The notes under the pieces were generated by a model. The model saw only the letters and a program-made list of their open reading frames with translations. It was not told where the DNA came from and did not search any database. From assembly GCA_026706345.1 (NCBI GenBank), contig JAPOYX010000237.1, positions 13,175-77,174 of the forward strand: a stretch of 64,000 nucleotides of DNA, given 5' to 3'. The first letter of the stretch is position 1; every line of letters starts with the position of its first letter. The translations under genes were made by a program, and so were the position numbers. Of this stretch, positions 40,327 through 50,860 are shown in pieces. This DNA comes from Gemmatimonadota bacterium. Its GTDB lineage: Bacteria; JAAXHH01.

Positions 40327-40405
40327 TATTCCGTCTTCACGCGCGCCGGTCGACGATATCCACCGCGAAATTGGAAACGGCTTCCGTCATGATATGCACA
40401 ATCCT
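40275..40405. repeat. tandem direct duplication (~56 bp unit, 2 copies) of the 5' end of the AMP-ligase fragment, including its start codons
   Basis: cgacgatatccaccgcgaaattggaaacggcttc[t/c]gtcatgatatgca occurs at about 40275-40330 and again at 40350-40405. Confidence 0.6.
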
Positions 40406-40507
40406 GTCCTTGTAAGCACTATTCCGTCCTCAAGCTCGACGGGCGGACGGTATGCACGATCCCGCCTCCCTGCGTGCGCCTCACCCTGCGTGCGCCGGCC
40501 GGGCCGG

Positions 40508-41242
40508 TCAATCCATCAACAGGCCACCGTTGACGTCCAGGATCTCGCCGGTGATATGGCGCGACCGGTCCGATGCCAGGAACAGCGCCGCCTCGGCCAC
40601 GTCCCGCGGTTCCCCCTTGCCTCCCAGGGGGATCGCATCCACAAACGATTGATCGTGGTTAGCGGTCAGGGCGGTATCTATGATCCCGGGCGCAATGGCG
40701 TTGACCCGTACGCCGCAGGGCGCCAGTTCCCGGGCCAGCGACTTGGTCAGGCACTCGATTCCGGCCTTCGATACCGAGTACGGCGCGCCCGACACCACGC
40801 CGCCGGTCTTTCCCGCCACCGAGGCCAGATTGATTACCGCGCCGGACTGCTGCGCCTTCATCGTGGGCAGCAGGGCTTTCGCCAGCAGAAAAGGTCCCTT
40901 GAGATTAACGGCCATCACACGGTCCCATTCTTCCTCCGTGCACTGTTCCACCGACCTGAATACGGCCAGGCCCGCGTTGTTCACGAGTATATCCACGCGG
41001 CCGGAATCCGCGAGGACGCCGTCCACCAGGGCCTCGATCTCCGCGCCCGACGAGACGTCGGCGCGTACCGCCTTCGCCGCATGGCCTTCCCGATTCAGTT
41101 GATGGGCCGTCTCGCCGGCCCGGGCTTCGTCGATATCCACAGCCACGACCGAAGCGCCTTCTTCCGCGAAGATCCCGCATATCGCCCGGCCGATACCCTG
41201 TCCGCCGCCGGTGACGATTGCCGTGCGTCCCTGCAGTATCAT
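40508..41242 (-). CDS. SDR family oxidoreductase (3-oxoacyl-ACP reductase-like)
   Basis: Start at MILQGRTAIVTGGGQGIGRAI (TGxxxGxG), NNAG, and catalytic YSVSK (YxxxK). The start overlaps the upstream stop as ATGA. Confidence 0.85.
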   Translation of the reverse strand: MILQGRTAIVTGGGQGIGRAICGIFAEEGASVVAVDIDEARAGETAHQLNREGHAAKAVRADVSSGAEIEALVDGVLADSGRVDILVNNAGLAVFRSVEQCTEEEWDRVMAVNLKGPFLLAKALLPTMKAQQSGAVINLASVAGKTGGVVSGAPYSVSKAGIECLTKSLARELAPCGVRVNAIAPGIIDTALTANHDQSFVDAIPLGGKGEPRDVAEAALFLASDRSRHITGEILDVNGGLLMD

Positions 41243-42201
41243 GAGAGCACCCTTTCCTCGAACATTCTGGTGAATTCCTGTACGTCCAGCGCGGTGCACA
41301 CCCTGGCGTTGGGTTCGCCCCACCTTGCCGAACGTAGATCGGCGACCGTCATCCCCGTGGTGAGATCACCGGCGGTTTCCACGTCCACCCGCGCGGGCAC
41401 CAGTGTGACGAGATCTTCCCGAATGGCGACGGCCACGGCCAGGGGATCGTGGAGGAAGCAGCCGTTGACGCCCCGGTTGCGCCGGTGGAACGCGACGTAA
41501 CGGGCGGTGCAGTCGCGAACGAAAGTCGCCCTGGCGCCTCCCTCCTGCGCATGGCGGTCTATCATTTCGGCGTCCAGGAGCGCCTGCCTGGTCACATCGA
41601 GGGGAACGAAGACCAGGGGGATCCCGGAATCGCAGACGATCTGCGCGGCGTGGGGGTCGGCGTGGATGTTGAACTCCGCCACGGGGGACACGTTGCCCCC
41701 GGTCTCGAAGGCGCCGCCCATGATGATGATTTGCCGGAGACCCCGCATTCGATCCGGATCCCGCATTATGGCCCGCGCGACGTTGGTGAGCGGGCCCACG
41801 GCGACCAGGCTCAGTTCATCCGGGTACCGGCCTGCCCGTTCCAGGATCATATCGACGGCGTGCACGGGACTCACCCGTTGCACCGGATCCGGGTATATGC
41901 GGACTCCCTTCGCGTCCTTCAGGCGGGTCACGTCGCCCAGCCCGTCGGTTCCGTGGATATCCCCGGCGAAGGCAAGCTCGCGGACGAGCGGCCGGTCCTC
42001 CCCCCTGGCCACTTCCGGCGCGGAAGGGGCATTGAGTACGCCCAACGTGATGTGTATGTTGCGCATGCAGTGGTCGAGGGGCGTGTTGCCGCATACCCCG
42101 GTAATGGCCTCGACGTGCAGTTCGGGGGACCGCATGGCCAGCATAATGGCCAGGGCGTCGTCGACCCCTGTGTCGGTGTCCAGGATGATACGGACGGGCA
42201 T
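41239..42201 (-). CDS. inosine-uridine preferring nucleoside hydrolase family protein
   Basis: 320 aa; N-terminal ILDTDTGVDDALAI (DxDxxxDD) signature. Confidence 0.9.
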   Translation of the reverse strand: MPVRIILDTDTGVDDALAIMLAMRSPELHVEAITGVCGNTPLDHCMRNIHITLGVLNAPSAPEVARGEDRPLVRELAFAGDIHGTDGLGDVTRLKDAKGVRIYPDPVQRVSPVHAVDMILERAGRYPDELSLVAVGPLTNVARAIMRDPDRMRGLRQIIIMGGAFETGGNVSPVAEFNIHADPHAAQIVCDSGIPLVFVPLDVTRQALLDAEMIDRHAQEGGARATFVRDCTARYVAFHRRNRGVNGCFLHDPLAVAVAIREDLVTLVPARVDVETAGDLTTGMTVADLRSARWGEPNARVCTALDVQEFTRMFEERVLS

Positions 42202-42243
42202 GCGGGCTCCGTCGTGTGAGGGTTCAGGGCCGCTGCCGGTCCT

Positions 42244-43860
42244 TCAGGGCTGCTGCCGGTCCGCCGGCTCGCGCAGTATGGGATAGTAAGTCGCGTCCTC
42301 GAGCACATCATCCATAAGGGCCCACGCGACCAGGCCGTCGTCGGACCGGGGTTCCAGCAGGTAGAAGACCAGCCTGCCCAGTTGCTGGTCTACCGGCACG
42401 ACCAGCGTGCCGGCTTCCAGCGTCCGGACCACGGGCTCGTACGCGCCGGAAAGAGTCCGCTCGTGTCTTCCTTGGAAGGGCCGCTCGGCCGCCCGCGTCG
42501 AATCGATTCTGAATCGCTCCAGCGCCATCTCACGCGGACCGGAGAGTTCCTCGAACCAGACTCCATGGGCCCCGAGCCGTTCGATCACGACGGCCAGGGA
42601 GGGTGGCACGAAATAGGTCCTGGGGGCGCGCTCTGTCTCCACCGCGGCGAATTGTCCATACTCGTACATCGAAGTCGGAATCAGCGTTTCTTCCCTGAGA
42701 TACATGACCTCGCCGGTGTACGGGTTACGGGTTTCCGAGACTTCACCCAGCAGGATGTCGACCGGTTTCGCGGACCGGGCGAACTCGGAACGGACGGCCA
42801 TATCCCGACCCACGACCGTTTCCAGGTCGACCGTTTCGAGGGTCTGGCGGATCAGGGCCGCGTGCCGGTGGGCGTAGTGCAGGTTCTCCTTCACGAACGC
42901 CAGGGTGGCCAGGATGCGCTCTTCAAACGTCGCGTAGGAATAGGCTTCGCTCAGTATGGCGATACGGTTTCGGAGCCCCACGTAGTTGTTGTTGAACCGG
43001 GGTCGATGATCGAAGGTATACCAGCCCGGTTCACGGGTCGATCCGGCCCTCGGCACGTTTCCGTAATAGTAGAATTCCCATCCGTAGGTCTCCCGGATGG
43101 CGTCGCGCACTTCGGGCAGCCACCGCTCCCGCAACAGGTCGATGATGGGATCGGCGGTATTCGGGTTGAGCGGCGGCGAGTAGGTCAGGTGATAGCCGTG
43201 CACGGTGCCGTTGGTCGTGTGGAGATCGATGAGCACGTGGGGATCGTATTCGTTCATGAGCCGCACGAGGGACCGCGCCTCGGGGGCGTCCAGCTTCATG
43301 TGGTCGCGATTGAGGTCGAAACCCTGGGCGTTGGGGCGCTGTCCCATGCCCCCTACGGGTCCATGTTGACGGGGCCGGTTGTACAGGCTGATCCGCTCGT
43401 TGCCGTCGGCGTTGTAGATGGGTGCCATAAGTACCACCAGCGAATCGGCCCAGTCGGCGTATGCGCCGGAAGCCAGTTCCCGGATCAGCATCAGCAGGGC
43501 TTCCTTGCCGCAGACCTCTCCCGCGTGGATGTTCGCCTGGACGAATACCCGCGTTCTGCCGGTCCCGGCAACCTCCCCGGGGGTCGCATCCCAGACGTCG
43601 CCATAGACGAGCAGGGGCAATTTCCGGCCTTCGGTCGTGTAACCGAATTCAGTCAGATGGAGCCGGTCGGAGGCAAGCACGGCGGCCCGAAGGAACGACA
43701 TGACCTCTTCGTACCGCGTCGTCTCGTCGAAATAGGAGAACTCGGCGCGGGTCTGGAGTTCGGAAACATCGTAGTCCTGGGCGGTAGCCGTGTTAACGGC
43801 CGCCAGGACCAGCGCCAATGCAGTGAGAAATCGATACATGGGATCGTACCTTGCCCGCAA
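42244..43860 (-). CDS. secreted M14 family zinc carboxypeptidase
   Basis: 538 aa with a signal peptide; zinc ligands in QANIHAGEVCG (HxxE) and a later His. Confidence 0.8.
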   Translation of the reverse strand: MRARYDPMYRFLTALALVLAAVNTATAQDYDVSELQTRAEFSYFDETTRYEEVMSFLRAAVLASDRLHLTEFGYTTEGRKLPLLVYGDVWDATPGEVAGTGRTRVFVQANIHAGEVCGKEALLMLIRELASGAYADWADSLVVLMAPIYNADGNERISLYNRPRQHGPVGGMGQRPNAQGFDLNRDHMKLDAPEARSLVRLMNEYDPHVLIDLHTTNGTVHGYHLTYSPPLNPNTADPIIDLLRERWLPEVRDAIRETYGWEFYYYGNVPRAGSTREPGWYTFDHRPRFNNNYVGLRNRIAILSEAYSYATFEERILATLAFVKENLHYAHRHAALIRQTLETVDLETVVGRDMAVRSEFARSAKPVDILLGEVSETRNPYTGEVMYLREETLIPTSMYEYGQFAAVETERAPRTYFVPPSLAVVIERLGAHGVWFEELSGPREMALERFRIDSTRAAERPFQGRHERTLSGAYEPVVRTLEAGTLVVPVDQQLGRLVFYLLEPRSDDGLVAWALMDDVLEDATYYPILREPADRQQP

Positions 43861-43926
43861 AGGAGTTTATGGGCATTCATAAACCAGGACGAGTCGGTTT
43901 CAGTGCTGCGCTTCTGCGGCGGCGGG

Positions 43927-44349
43927 TCAATGCACCTGGAAGAACTCGATCACCTCGCCGCTGGGGCCTTTGAAGAAGGCGATGGTCACATCCAGTCCCC
44001 CGAGATTCAGGTCTTTCGGCTCGACTGTCACTTCATATCCATGGGCCCGGACATGTTCGATCGCGGCCCGCGTATCCGTCGTGGCCAGGGCGATATGCGT
44101 GACCGGGTCGTTGGGCGCTTCGCCTCCCGGCGACGGGGTCTCGCCTGTGGGCTGGAATAACTCGATGTGGCTGCCGTCCCCGGCGTCGAGGAGCATGATC
44201 CTGCGCTCCTCCGGTCCGAATTCCGCCACGAATTTCATCCCGAGGACATCCCGGTACAATTGCAGCGACGCGTCCCAGTCCCTTGACTGGATGGCCACGT
44301 GATGCGTACCGCAGCCGGGAATCGCCTGGTTCTTCGTTCCCACTGGCAT
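43927..44349 (-). CDS. VOC family protein (glyoxalase/bleomycin resistance/dioxygenase fold)
   Basis: 140 aa; HHVAIQSRDWDASLQLYRDVLGM ... HIALAT paired beta-alpha-beta-beta-beta modules. Confidence 0.75.
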   Translation of the reverse strand: MPVGTKNQAIPGCGTHHVAIQSRDWDASLQLYRDVLGMKFVAEFGPEERRIMLLDAGDGSHIELFQPTGETPSPGGEAPNDPVTHIALATTDTRAAIEHVRAHGYEVTVEPKDLNLGGLDVTIAFFKGPSGEVIEFFQVH

Positions 44350-44381
44350 GGGCGTAATCTCCCGTTGTCTTGCCTACCTTG

Positions 44382-45617
44382 CTATTGCGTCTGGCTGGAT
44401 GATTTAAGTGCCCTGGCGCTGACGCCCAACACGCCGAGAAACCCCTCGGAATCCTTGTGGTCGAAGTCTCCCACGCCCTCCATGGACGCCGTCGTCTCGG
44501 AATAGAGCGAGTGAGGGACGTCTTCGGCCGACACGAAGGACACGCGTCCCTTGTACAGTTCGACCCGGATGGTCCCCGTGGCGAGCCGGTTGAACACGTC
44601 CACGGAGGCCCGGAGAGCCTGGGTGGACGGATCGTACCAGTAGCCCTGGTAGATCTGCTCCGCGATCACCACCGAGGTCTGGTCGAAGGTACGCCGCGCG
44701 CGACGGTCGAGAATGAGCTGCAGCAGGAACTCGTAGCACTGTCCGAGGAGCGTCATGGCCGGCGATTCATAGACGCCCCGGCTCTTGATGCCAACGAACC
44801 GGTTCTCCACCGTGTGGATGCCGATCCCGATGCCGTTTCTGCCGCCGATCCGGTTGGCCGTTTCGATGGCCGACAGCGGCGTGACCGGATCTTCGTTTAT
44901 CCGGACCGGTACGCCCCGTTCGAATCGAACGGCCAGGAGTTCGGGCTCATCGGGTGCTTCACGGGGATGGACCCCCATGCCGGGCGTGATGAAACCGGCC
45001 GGGGTTTCGAGCGACTCGAGACGGCCGGCCTCGTGGGTCAGTCCGAGGATATTGGCATCCGTGGAATAGGGTTTTTCATGGGAAGCCTGTATCGGCAACT
45101 CCCGGTTCTCACAGAAGTCGATCATTTCCTTCCGCCCGGGGAAATCGTCCAGGAAAGCCTGATCCCGCCAGGGGGCGTAGACATCTACCGATGGATCGAT
45201 CATGTTGGCGACGAGTTGAAACCGGACCTGGTCGTTCCCGCGGCCGGTCGCGCCGTGGGACAGGATATCGATGCCGCGCTTCTTGAGCTCGGGCAGCAGG
45301 GTCCGCACGGTGATATGTCTGGCTATTCCGGTCGTGTTCCAGTAGCTCCCCTCGTACATGGCCTGGCACTGGATGACCTCGACGCCGGCCCGCGCCAGTT
45401 CTTCCTTCGCATCCACGATCACGGCTTCCTTCGCGCCGCACCGCATCATGCGTTCCGCGACATAGTCGATGCGTTCTTCGTCCGGCTGGCCGAGATCGGC
45501 CGTAACGCAGACGACGTCGACGTCGTGGTCCGCGAGCCAGCGCGTAACCGTACAACTGTCCAGTCCGCCGGATACCGCCGCCCCGACGGTCCTGCCCTTC
45601 AGACTGCTCAGATCCAT
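44382..45617 (-). CDS. argG: argininosuccinate synthase
   Basis: Start MDLSSLKGRTVGAAVSGGLDS (PP-loop SGGxDS), with the conserved HGATGRGNDQVRFQL ArgG motif. Confidence 0.95.
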   Translation of the reverse strand: MDLSSLKGRTVGAAVSGGLDSCTVTRWLADHDVDVVCVTADLGQPDEERIDYVAERMMRCGAKEAVIVDAKEELARAGVEVIQCQAMYEGSYWNTTGIARHITVRTLLPELKKRGIDILSHGATGRGNDQVRFQLVANMIDPSVDVYAPWRDQAFLDDFPGRKEMIDFCENRELPIQASHEKPYSTDANILGLTHEAGRLESLETPAGFITPGMGVHPREAPDEPELLAVRFERGVPVRINEDPVTPLSAIETANRIGGRNGIGIGIHTVENRFVGIKSRGVYESPAMTLLGQCYEFLLQLILDRRARRTFDQTSVVIAEQIYQGYWYDPSTQALRASVDVFNRLATGTIRVELYKGRVSFVSAEDVPHSLYSETTASMEGVGDFDHKDSEGFLGVLGVSARALKSSSQTQ

Positions 45618-45905
45618 GATTCGCAACTCCCGAGATAGCCGGTTGGCAAGGTATGCGACCGAAATCTCGAAGTAACGCGCACTCAGGTCAAAAGTCAAGG
45701 TACTATTCGGGAATCCGACCCTTCGTCAAGGGCTTTACCATCCGGTTCCCAACCCTACAATTCATTTGCCTTCCCGGGCGGGCGGGCCTATCTTCTTTGG
45801 CGGGTTGAAACGGGAGATGAACCTGCGTTTCGGCGTTCGCCTGATCAGGCTTCGGACACTGTTCAACCACCCGTGTCGAGATAGTCGCCAGAGGGAGGAT
45901 TTCGC

Positions 45906-48764
45906 TTGGATCTCTTGCGCGAGTTTCATGGTCCGAACGCCGGCTACGTGATCGCGTTGTACGAGCGGTACCTCGAGGATCCCGATTCCGTCGACGCGGC
46001 CACCCGTGAGCTCTTCTCCCGGCACGTGCCCTCCCTGGACGGTGATCCTTCCGGCGGGCCGTCTGCTGATTTCCCCGCCTGTCCCGCCGATATCGACCAG
46101 ATTGTATTCATCGCCAATCTGGCCCAGAACGTCCGCGAATATGGACATCTCGGCGCTCACCTGGATCCCCTGGCCGACCCCAGGTACTTTCCCTATTCCG
46201 TTTTCGCGACCGAGGACGACACGGCGCTGGGCGACCCTCTGACGGAACTGGAACTCCAGGCGCAGGGCGTGACGGAAGAGACGATGCGCCAGCTTCCTTC
46301 TTCCCTGATCGGCGGTCCGGTGAGCAGACAGTGCGGCAACGCGTCCGAGGCTCTCAGGAGACTGAAGCGCGTCTATTCGTCCACCACCGGTTACGACTAC
46401 ATGCACATCGAAGTCCCTGGAGAACGGGAATGGCTGCAGGAGGCGGCGGAAACGGGGCGGTTCAGGCCCTCGGAGGACAACGACAGCGCGCTGGCCATCC
46501 TGGACCGTCTCACGGAGGTGGAGGTCTTCGAGCAGTTTCTGCACCGGACCTTTCCCGGCAAGACCCGGTTCTCCATCGAAGGCCTGGACACCATGATCCT
46601 CATCCTGGACGGGGTCATTGCCGAGGCCGCGGAGAACAACACCAGCAACATTCTGATCGGCATGGCCCACCGGGGCCGGCTCAACGTGCTCGCCCATATA
46701 CTGCACAAACCCTACGAACACATCCTGGCCGAATTCCGGGACCCGGTCCGGCGGGTCAACAAGACCGGAAACGACACGGGGTGGACCGGCGACGTGAAGT
46801 ATCACAGCGGCGCCCAGCGGATGTACCAGGACGATACGGGCGCGGAAGTGGATCTGCATATCCATCTTGCGCCGAACCCCAGCCACCTGGAAGCCGTCAA
46901 TCCGGTGCTGGAGGGCATGGCCCGCGCCGCGGGGACGATCGTCAACCTGCCGGGGGACGTCCGGCCGCTGCCCGAGCGGAACCTGCCCATCCTGATCCAT
47001 GGCGACGCGGCCTTCGCGGGCCAGGGCGTCGTGGCGGAAACCTTCACGCTGTACCGCGTCCCGGGTTTTCGTACGGGCGGTACGATACACCTCATCACCA
47101 ACAACCAGCTCGGATACACCACGCCGTCGGAACAGTCCCGCAGCACCCTGTACGCCAGCGACATCGCGCGGGGATTCGAGATACCCATTATCCATGTCAA
47201 CGCCGATGACCCCATGGCCTGCCTGGAGGCCGCAAGGATCGCCTACGCCTACCGCGTCAAGTTCCGCAAGGACTTCCTCATCGATCTGGTGGGGTACCGC
47301 CGGCACGGCCACAACGAGGGCGACGATCCTTCGCTCACCCATCCCAGTCTCTACCGGCGGATCGAAGCCCATCCGACGGTGAGGAAGCTGTGGGCCGAAC
47401 GGCTCGTGTCGGCGGGACGGATCGAGGCGGAAAAGCCGGAGGAAATGGTCGCCGACCGCATGAACGGCATGCAGACGATGCTGGATGAACTGAAACCGGA
47501 AGAAGTGCTGGTGGAACCCTACTACAAGACCCCGAGATCGGGCACCGCGAAGCGCACACGCTCTTCCGTTTCCATGCGGCGTCTCAAGAACCTGAATAAA
47601 GCGCTCTGGACGTTCCCGGAAAACTTCGCCCTGCATCCCAGGCTGAACCGGGTGATCGAACGGCGGCGGCGGGCGCTGGACGACGTGGACGCACGGAAAA
47701 TAGACTGGGCCCTAGCGGAGACCCTCGCCTTCGCCTCCATCATCGAGGATGGGGTTCCGGTCAGACTTACGGGCCAGGATGTGGAGCGGGGGACCTTCAG
47801 CCAGCGGCACAACGTGCTGCACGACTACAAGACCGACCTGGCCTGGACGCCGCTGCGCCGGCTGCCGCAGGCGCACGCCTCCTTCGAGACGCGAAACACG
47901 CCACTGACCGAGTACGCCGCCCTGGGATTCGAATACGGGTACAGCATCCAGGCGCCGGAGCGTTTCGTACTCTGGGAAGCCCAGTACGGCGACTTCGTGG
48001 ACGGCGCCCAGATCATCATCGACGAATTCCTCGTTTCCGGCCGCGCCAAGTGGGGACAGACCTCGTCCCTGACCATCCTGCTCCCCCACGGATTCGAGGG
48101 ACAGGGGCCGGATCATTCCAGCGGACTCATGGAACGTTTCCTCTCCTTCGGCGCCGATTTCAATATCCGGGTCGCCAACTGTACCACGGCCTCCCAGTAC
48201 TTCCACCTGCTGCGGCGCCAGTCGAGGCTCCTGGAGTCCGACCCGCTGCCCCTGATCATCATGACGCCCAAGAGTCTGCTGCGCCATCCGGACGTGGCTT
48301 CTTCGGCACGGGAACTGGCGGAGGGAAAATGGAGGCCGATCATCGAAGACGGCAGGGCGGAGGCAAATCCCGAAAAGATCCGCCGGCTGGTGTTCTGCAG
48401 CGGCAAGGTGTATGTCGACCTGATGAACGACGAGCAATGGAAAAGCGCAACGCACGCCGCGGTCGTTCGTATAGAACAACTCTATCCGGTGGCGACGGAC
48501 CAGCTGGTGAAGATCATAGGCCGGTATGCCAATCTGGAGGAAGTCGTCTGGCTCCAGGAAGAACCGGAGAACATGGGCGCCTGGGACTACATCCGCAAGG
48601 TCCTGGAATCCGCCCTGGATGGCCGGTGTCCGATTTACCGCGTTTCCCGTCCGCCGAGCGCGGTTCCCTCGGAGGGCTCGACGGCCATTCACAACCGGAA
48701 CCAGCAGAACCTCGCCAAAATGGCCTTTGCCATGGGCGCATCGGGAAATATCGAGATGAATTGA
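45906..48764 (+). CDS. sucA: 2-oxoglutarate dehydrogenase E1 component
   Basis: 952 aa with TTG start; TPP motifs HGDAAFAGQGVV and RHGHNEGDDP, and the typical SucA N-terminus. Confidence 0.95.
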   Translation: MDLLREFHGPNAGYVIALYERYLEDPDSVDAATRELFSRHVPSLDGDPSGGPSADFPACPADIDQIVFIANLAQNVREYGHLGAHLDPLADPRYFPYSVFATEDDTALGDPLTELELQAQGVTEETMRQLPSSLIGGPVSRQCGNASEALRRLKRVYSSTTGYDYMHIEVPGEREWLQEAAETGRFRPSEDNDSALAILDRLTEVEVFEQFLHRTFPGKTRFSIEGLDTMILILDGVIAEAAENNTSNILIGMAHRGRLNVLAHILHKPYEHILAEFRDPVRRVNKTGNDTGWTGDVKYHSGAQRMYQDDTGAEVDLHIHLAPNPSHLEAVNPVLEGMARAAGTIVNLPGDVRPLPERNLPILIHGDAAFAGQGVVAETFTLYRVPGFRTGGTIHLITNNQLGYTTPSEQSRSTLYASDIARGFEIPIIHVNADDPMACLEAARIAYAYRVKFRKDFLIDLVGYRRHGHNEGDDPSLTHPSLYRRIEAHPTVRKLWAERLVSAGRIEAEKPEEMVADRMNGMQTMLDELKPEEVLVEPYYKTPRSGTAKRTRSSVSMRRLKNLNKALWTFPENFALHPRLNRVIERRRRALDDVDARKIDWALAETLAFASIIEDGVPVRLTGQDVERGTFSQRHNVLHDYKTDLAWTPLRRLPQAHASFETRNTPLTEYAALGFEYGYSIQAPERFVLWEAQYGDFVDGAQIIIDEFLVSGRAKWGQTSSLTILLPHGFEGQGPDHSSGLMERFLSFGADFNIRVANCTTASQYFHLLRRQSRLLESDPLPLIIMTPKSLLRHPDVASSARELAEGKWRPIIEDGRAEANPEKIRRLVFCSGKVYVDLMNDEQWKSATHAAVVRIEQLYPVATDQLVKIIGRYANLEEVVWLQEEPENMGAWDYIRKVLESALDGRCPIYRVSRPPSAVPSEGSTAIHNRNQQNLAKMAFAMGASGNIEMN

Positions 48765-48951
48765 CAGATCGCGGCGCCTGGCGCATCTTGTTCGCTTCGG
48801 GGATGAGTCCGGCGATTCGGGCATGTTGTCCGGCATTTCGCGCATGTTGCCGGACACGTCCCTTCCTGCTGGTCGAAAAAAGTTGTATCGCGGATGTCCC
48901 GGCGGCTGAAACAGTCTGTCGCAAATGAAATGAATACCCAGGGAGAGTGAA

Positions 48952-50322
48952 ATGGCCATCGACATCACCGTGCCGCAACTGGGTGAATCCATCGTGGAAG
49001 CAACCGTCATCCAATGGTTCAAAAAGGAAGGCGATTCGGTTACGGTGGGCGAGGCGCTCCTGGAACTGGAAACCGAAAAAGTCACGCTCGAGGTAAACGC
49101 CAACGATAGCGGCGTCCTGACGCGCATCGAACGGGCGGCGGGCGAGGACGTCCAAATCGGCGACCTGCTCGGGGTACTCGACGATAGCGCCGCGGCCGAT
49201 GCGACGGAGGCCGGCGCGGACACCCCTGACGCGGAGGCCCCGGATGCGGCGAATGAAGCCGAAAGGCCGGTGGACGATACGGACGAGCCTGTCACGGCAG
49301 TCGCCGGCGACGCGGGTACTGAGGAGCAGCCCGAGGCCCTTTCGGACGACCGGATAACCCCCGTGGCGCGGCGCATGGCGGACGAAGCGGGCATATCCCT
49401 TTCCGGCGTGGAAGGGACGGGGATGGGCGGTAGAATACGCCGGGAGGACGTGGAACGGGCCGTAACGGAACGAAAGGAAAAAGCGGTTGCCGAGACGGCG
49501 GGGCCGGACGCGCCTGCCGAGACATCCGCCGATCCGGTACGGGAGACCGTCGAACCGAAAACGGGTGCCGGGGAAACCATGCGTCCGACCGGAAGCGCCG
49601 CCGGCGCCGGGACGGCCGATGACGAACGGGAGGAGATCGTACCCATGTCCCGGCGGCGTCGCACCATCGCCAGCCGGCTCGTGGAAGCGCAGCAGACCGC
49701 GGCGATGCTGACGACCTTCAACGAGATCGACATGAGCACGGTGATGACGATACGCCGCAGGAACCGGGAGGCCTTCGAGGAACGGCACGGCGTGCGGCTG
49801 GGATTCATGTCCTTTTTCGTCAAGGCCGTGATCGGGGCGCTCAAGGACTTTCCGGAGCTCAACGCCGAAATCCGCGGGGACTCGATCGTCAGGAAACACT
49901 ACTACGACATCGGGATCGCGGTGGGCGCCGAAGACGGGCTCGTGGTACCGGTCCTGCGGGACGCGGACCGTATGTCATTCGCGGAGATCGAGAGCAATAT
50001 CAGACAGTACGCGGCAAAGGCGGGCGAGGGCAAACTGTCGCTGGAGGACCTGCGCGGGGGCACCTTTACGATTACGAACGGCGGGGTTTTCGGTTCGATG
50101 CTGAGCACGCCCATCCTGAACCCTCCGCAGGTGGGCATACTGGGACTCCACCGAATCGACGACCGGCCCGTGGCCGTCGACGGAGAGGTGGTGATCCGGC
50201 CCATGATGTACGTGGCGCTGAGCTACGATCACCGGATCATTGACGGCCGGGAAGCCGTGCAGTTCCTGGGAAAGGTAAAGTCCCTGATCGAAGTGCCCGC
50301 GGCTTTGCTGCTCGAAGTGTGA
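48952..50322 (+). CDS. sucB: dihydrolipoamide succinyltransferase (E2 of 2-oxoglutarate dehydrogenase)
   Basis: 456 aa; lipoyl domain (ETEKVTLEV), Ala/Pro/Glu-rich linker, E3-binding domain, and catalytic SYDHRIIDG. Confidence 0.9.
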   Translation: MAIDITVPQLGESIVEATVIQWFKKEGDSVTVGEALLELETEKVTLEVNANDSGVLTRIERAAGEDVQIGDLLGVLDDSAAADATEAGADTPDAEAPDAANEAERPVDDTDEPVTAVAGDAGTEEQPEALSDDRITPVARRMADEAGISLSGVEGTGMGGRIRREDVERAVTERKEKAVAETAGPDAPAETSADPVRETVEPKTGAGETMRPTGSAAGAGTADDEREEIVPMSRRRRTIASRLVEAQQTAAMLTTFNEIDMSTVMTIRRRNREAFEERHGVRLGFMSFFVKAVIGALKDFPELNAEIRGDSIVRKHYYDIGIAVGAEDGLVVPVLRDADRMSFAEIESNIRQYAAKAGEGKLSLEDLRGGTFTITNGGVFGSMLSTPILNPPQVGILGLHRIDDRPVAVDGEVVIRPMMYVALSYDHRIIDGREAVQFLGKVKSLIEVPAALLLEV

Positions 50323-50360
50323 AGTTCTGACGGAGATTTACCTGATTCCGGGAGGGGCTG

Positions 50361-50792
50361 ATGGCCTGGTGGGTCTGGATTATTGGCGGCGTGTTGCTCT
50401 GTCTGGCCGAGATGGCCACGCCGGGCGCCTTTTACCTGCTGTTCTTCGGCGTCGCGGCGCTCGTAGTCGGCGTGCTGGCCTGGGCGGGCCTGGTGGAGAC
50501 GACCTGGGTTCAGTTTCTCCTGTTTTCGGTCTTTTCCATCGCCTCTCTCGTCCTGTTCCGGCGGACACTGACCGAAAGGCTGAATCCTCAAGAGCCCGCC
50601 ACGAAGATCAACACCCTGGAGGGAGAATCCGGCAGGGCCCTTGAGGACATCCCGGCCAGCGGCACCGGCAAGGTGGAAGTGCGGGGCACGGGCTGGAACG
50701 CCGTGAACAAGGGCGAATCGCTTATCGAAAAGGGACAGGCCTGCGTGGTCGAACGCGTTGAAGGCGTTTCACTCTGGGTAAAGGGCGCGTAA
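50361..50792 (+). CDS. NfeD family membrane protein
   Basis: 143 aa; N-terminal TM helices followed by a C-terminal OB-fold-like soluble domain. Immediately upstream of an SPFH gene. Confidence 0.75.
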   Translation: MAWWVWIIGGVLLCLAEMATPGAFYLLFFGVAALVVGVLAWAGLVETTWVQFLLFSVFSIASLVLFRRTLTERLNPQEPATKINTLEGESGRALEDIPASGTGKVEVRGTGWNAVNKGESLIEKGQACVVERVEGVSLWVKGA

Positions 50793-50860
50793 AAGCCCGG
50801 ATGGTAGCGGGGGTTATGTACGACCTCGCCCGTTTCTAATCGCGCCGGAAGGAACCTGTA

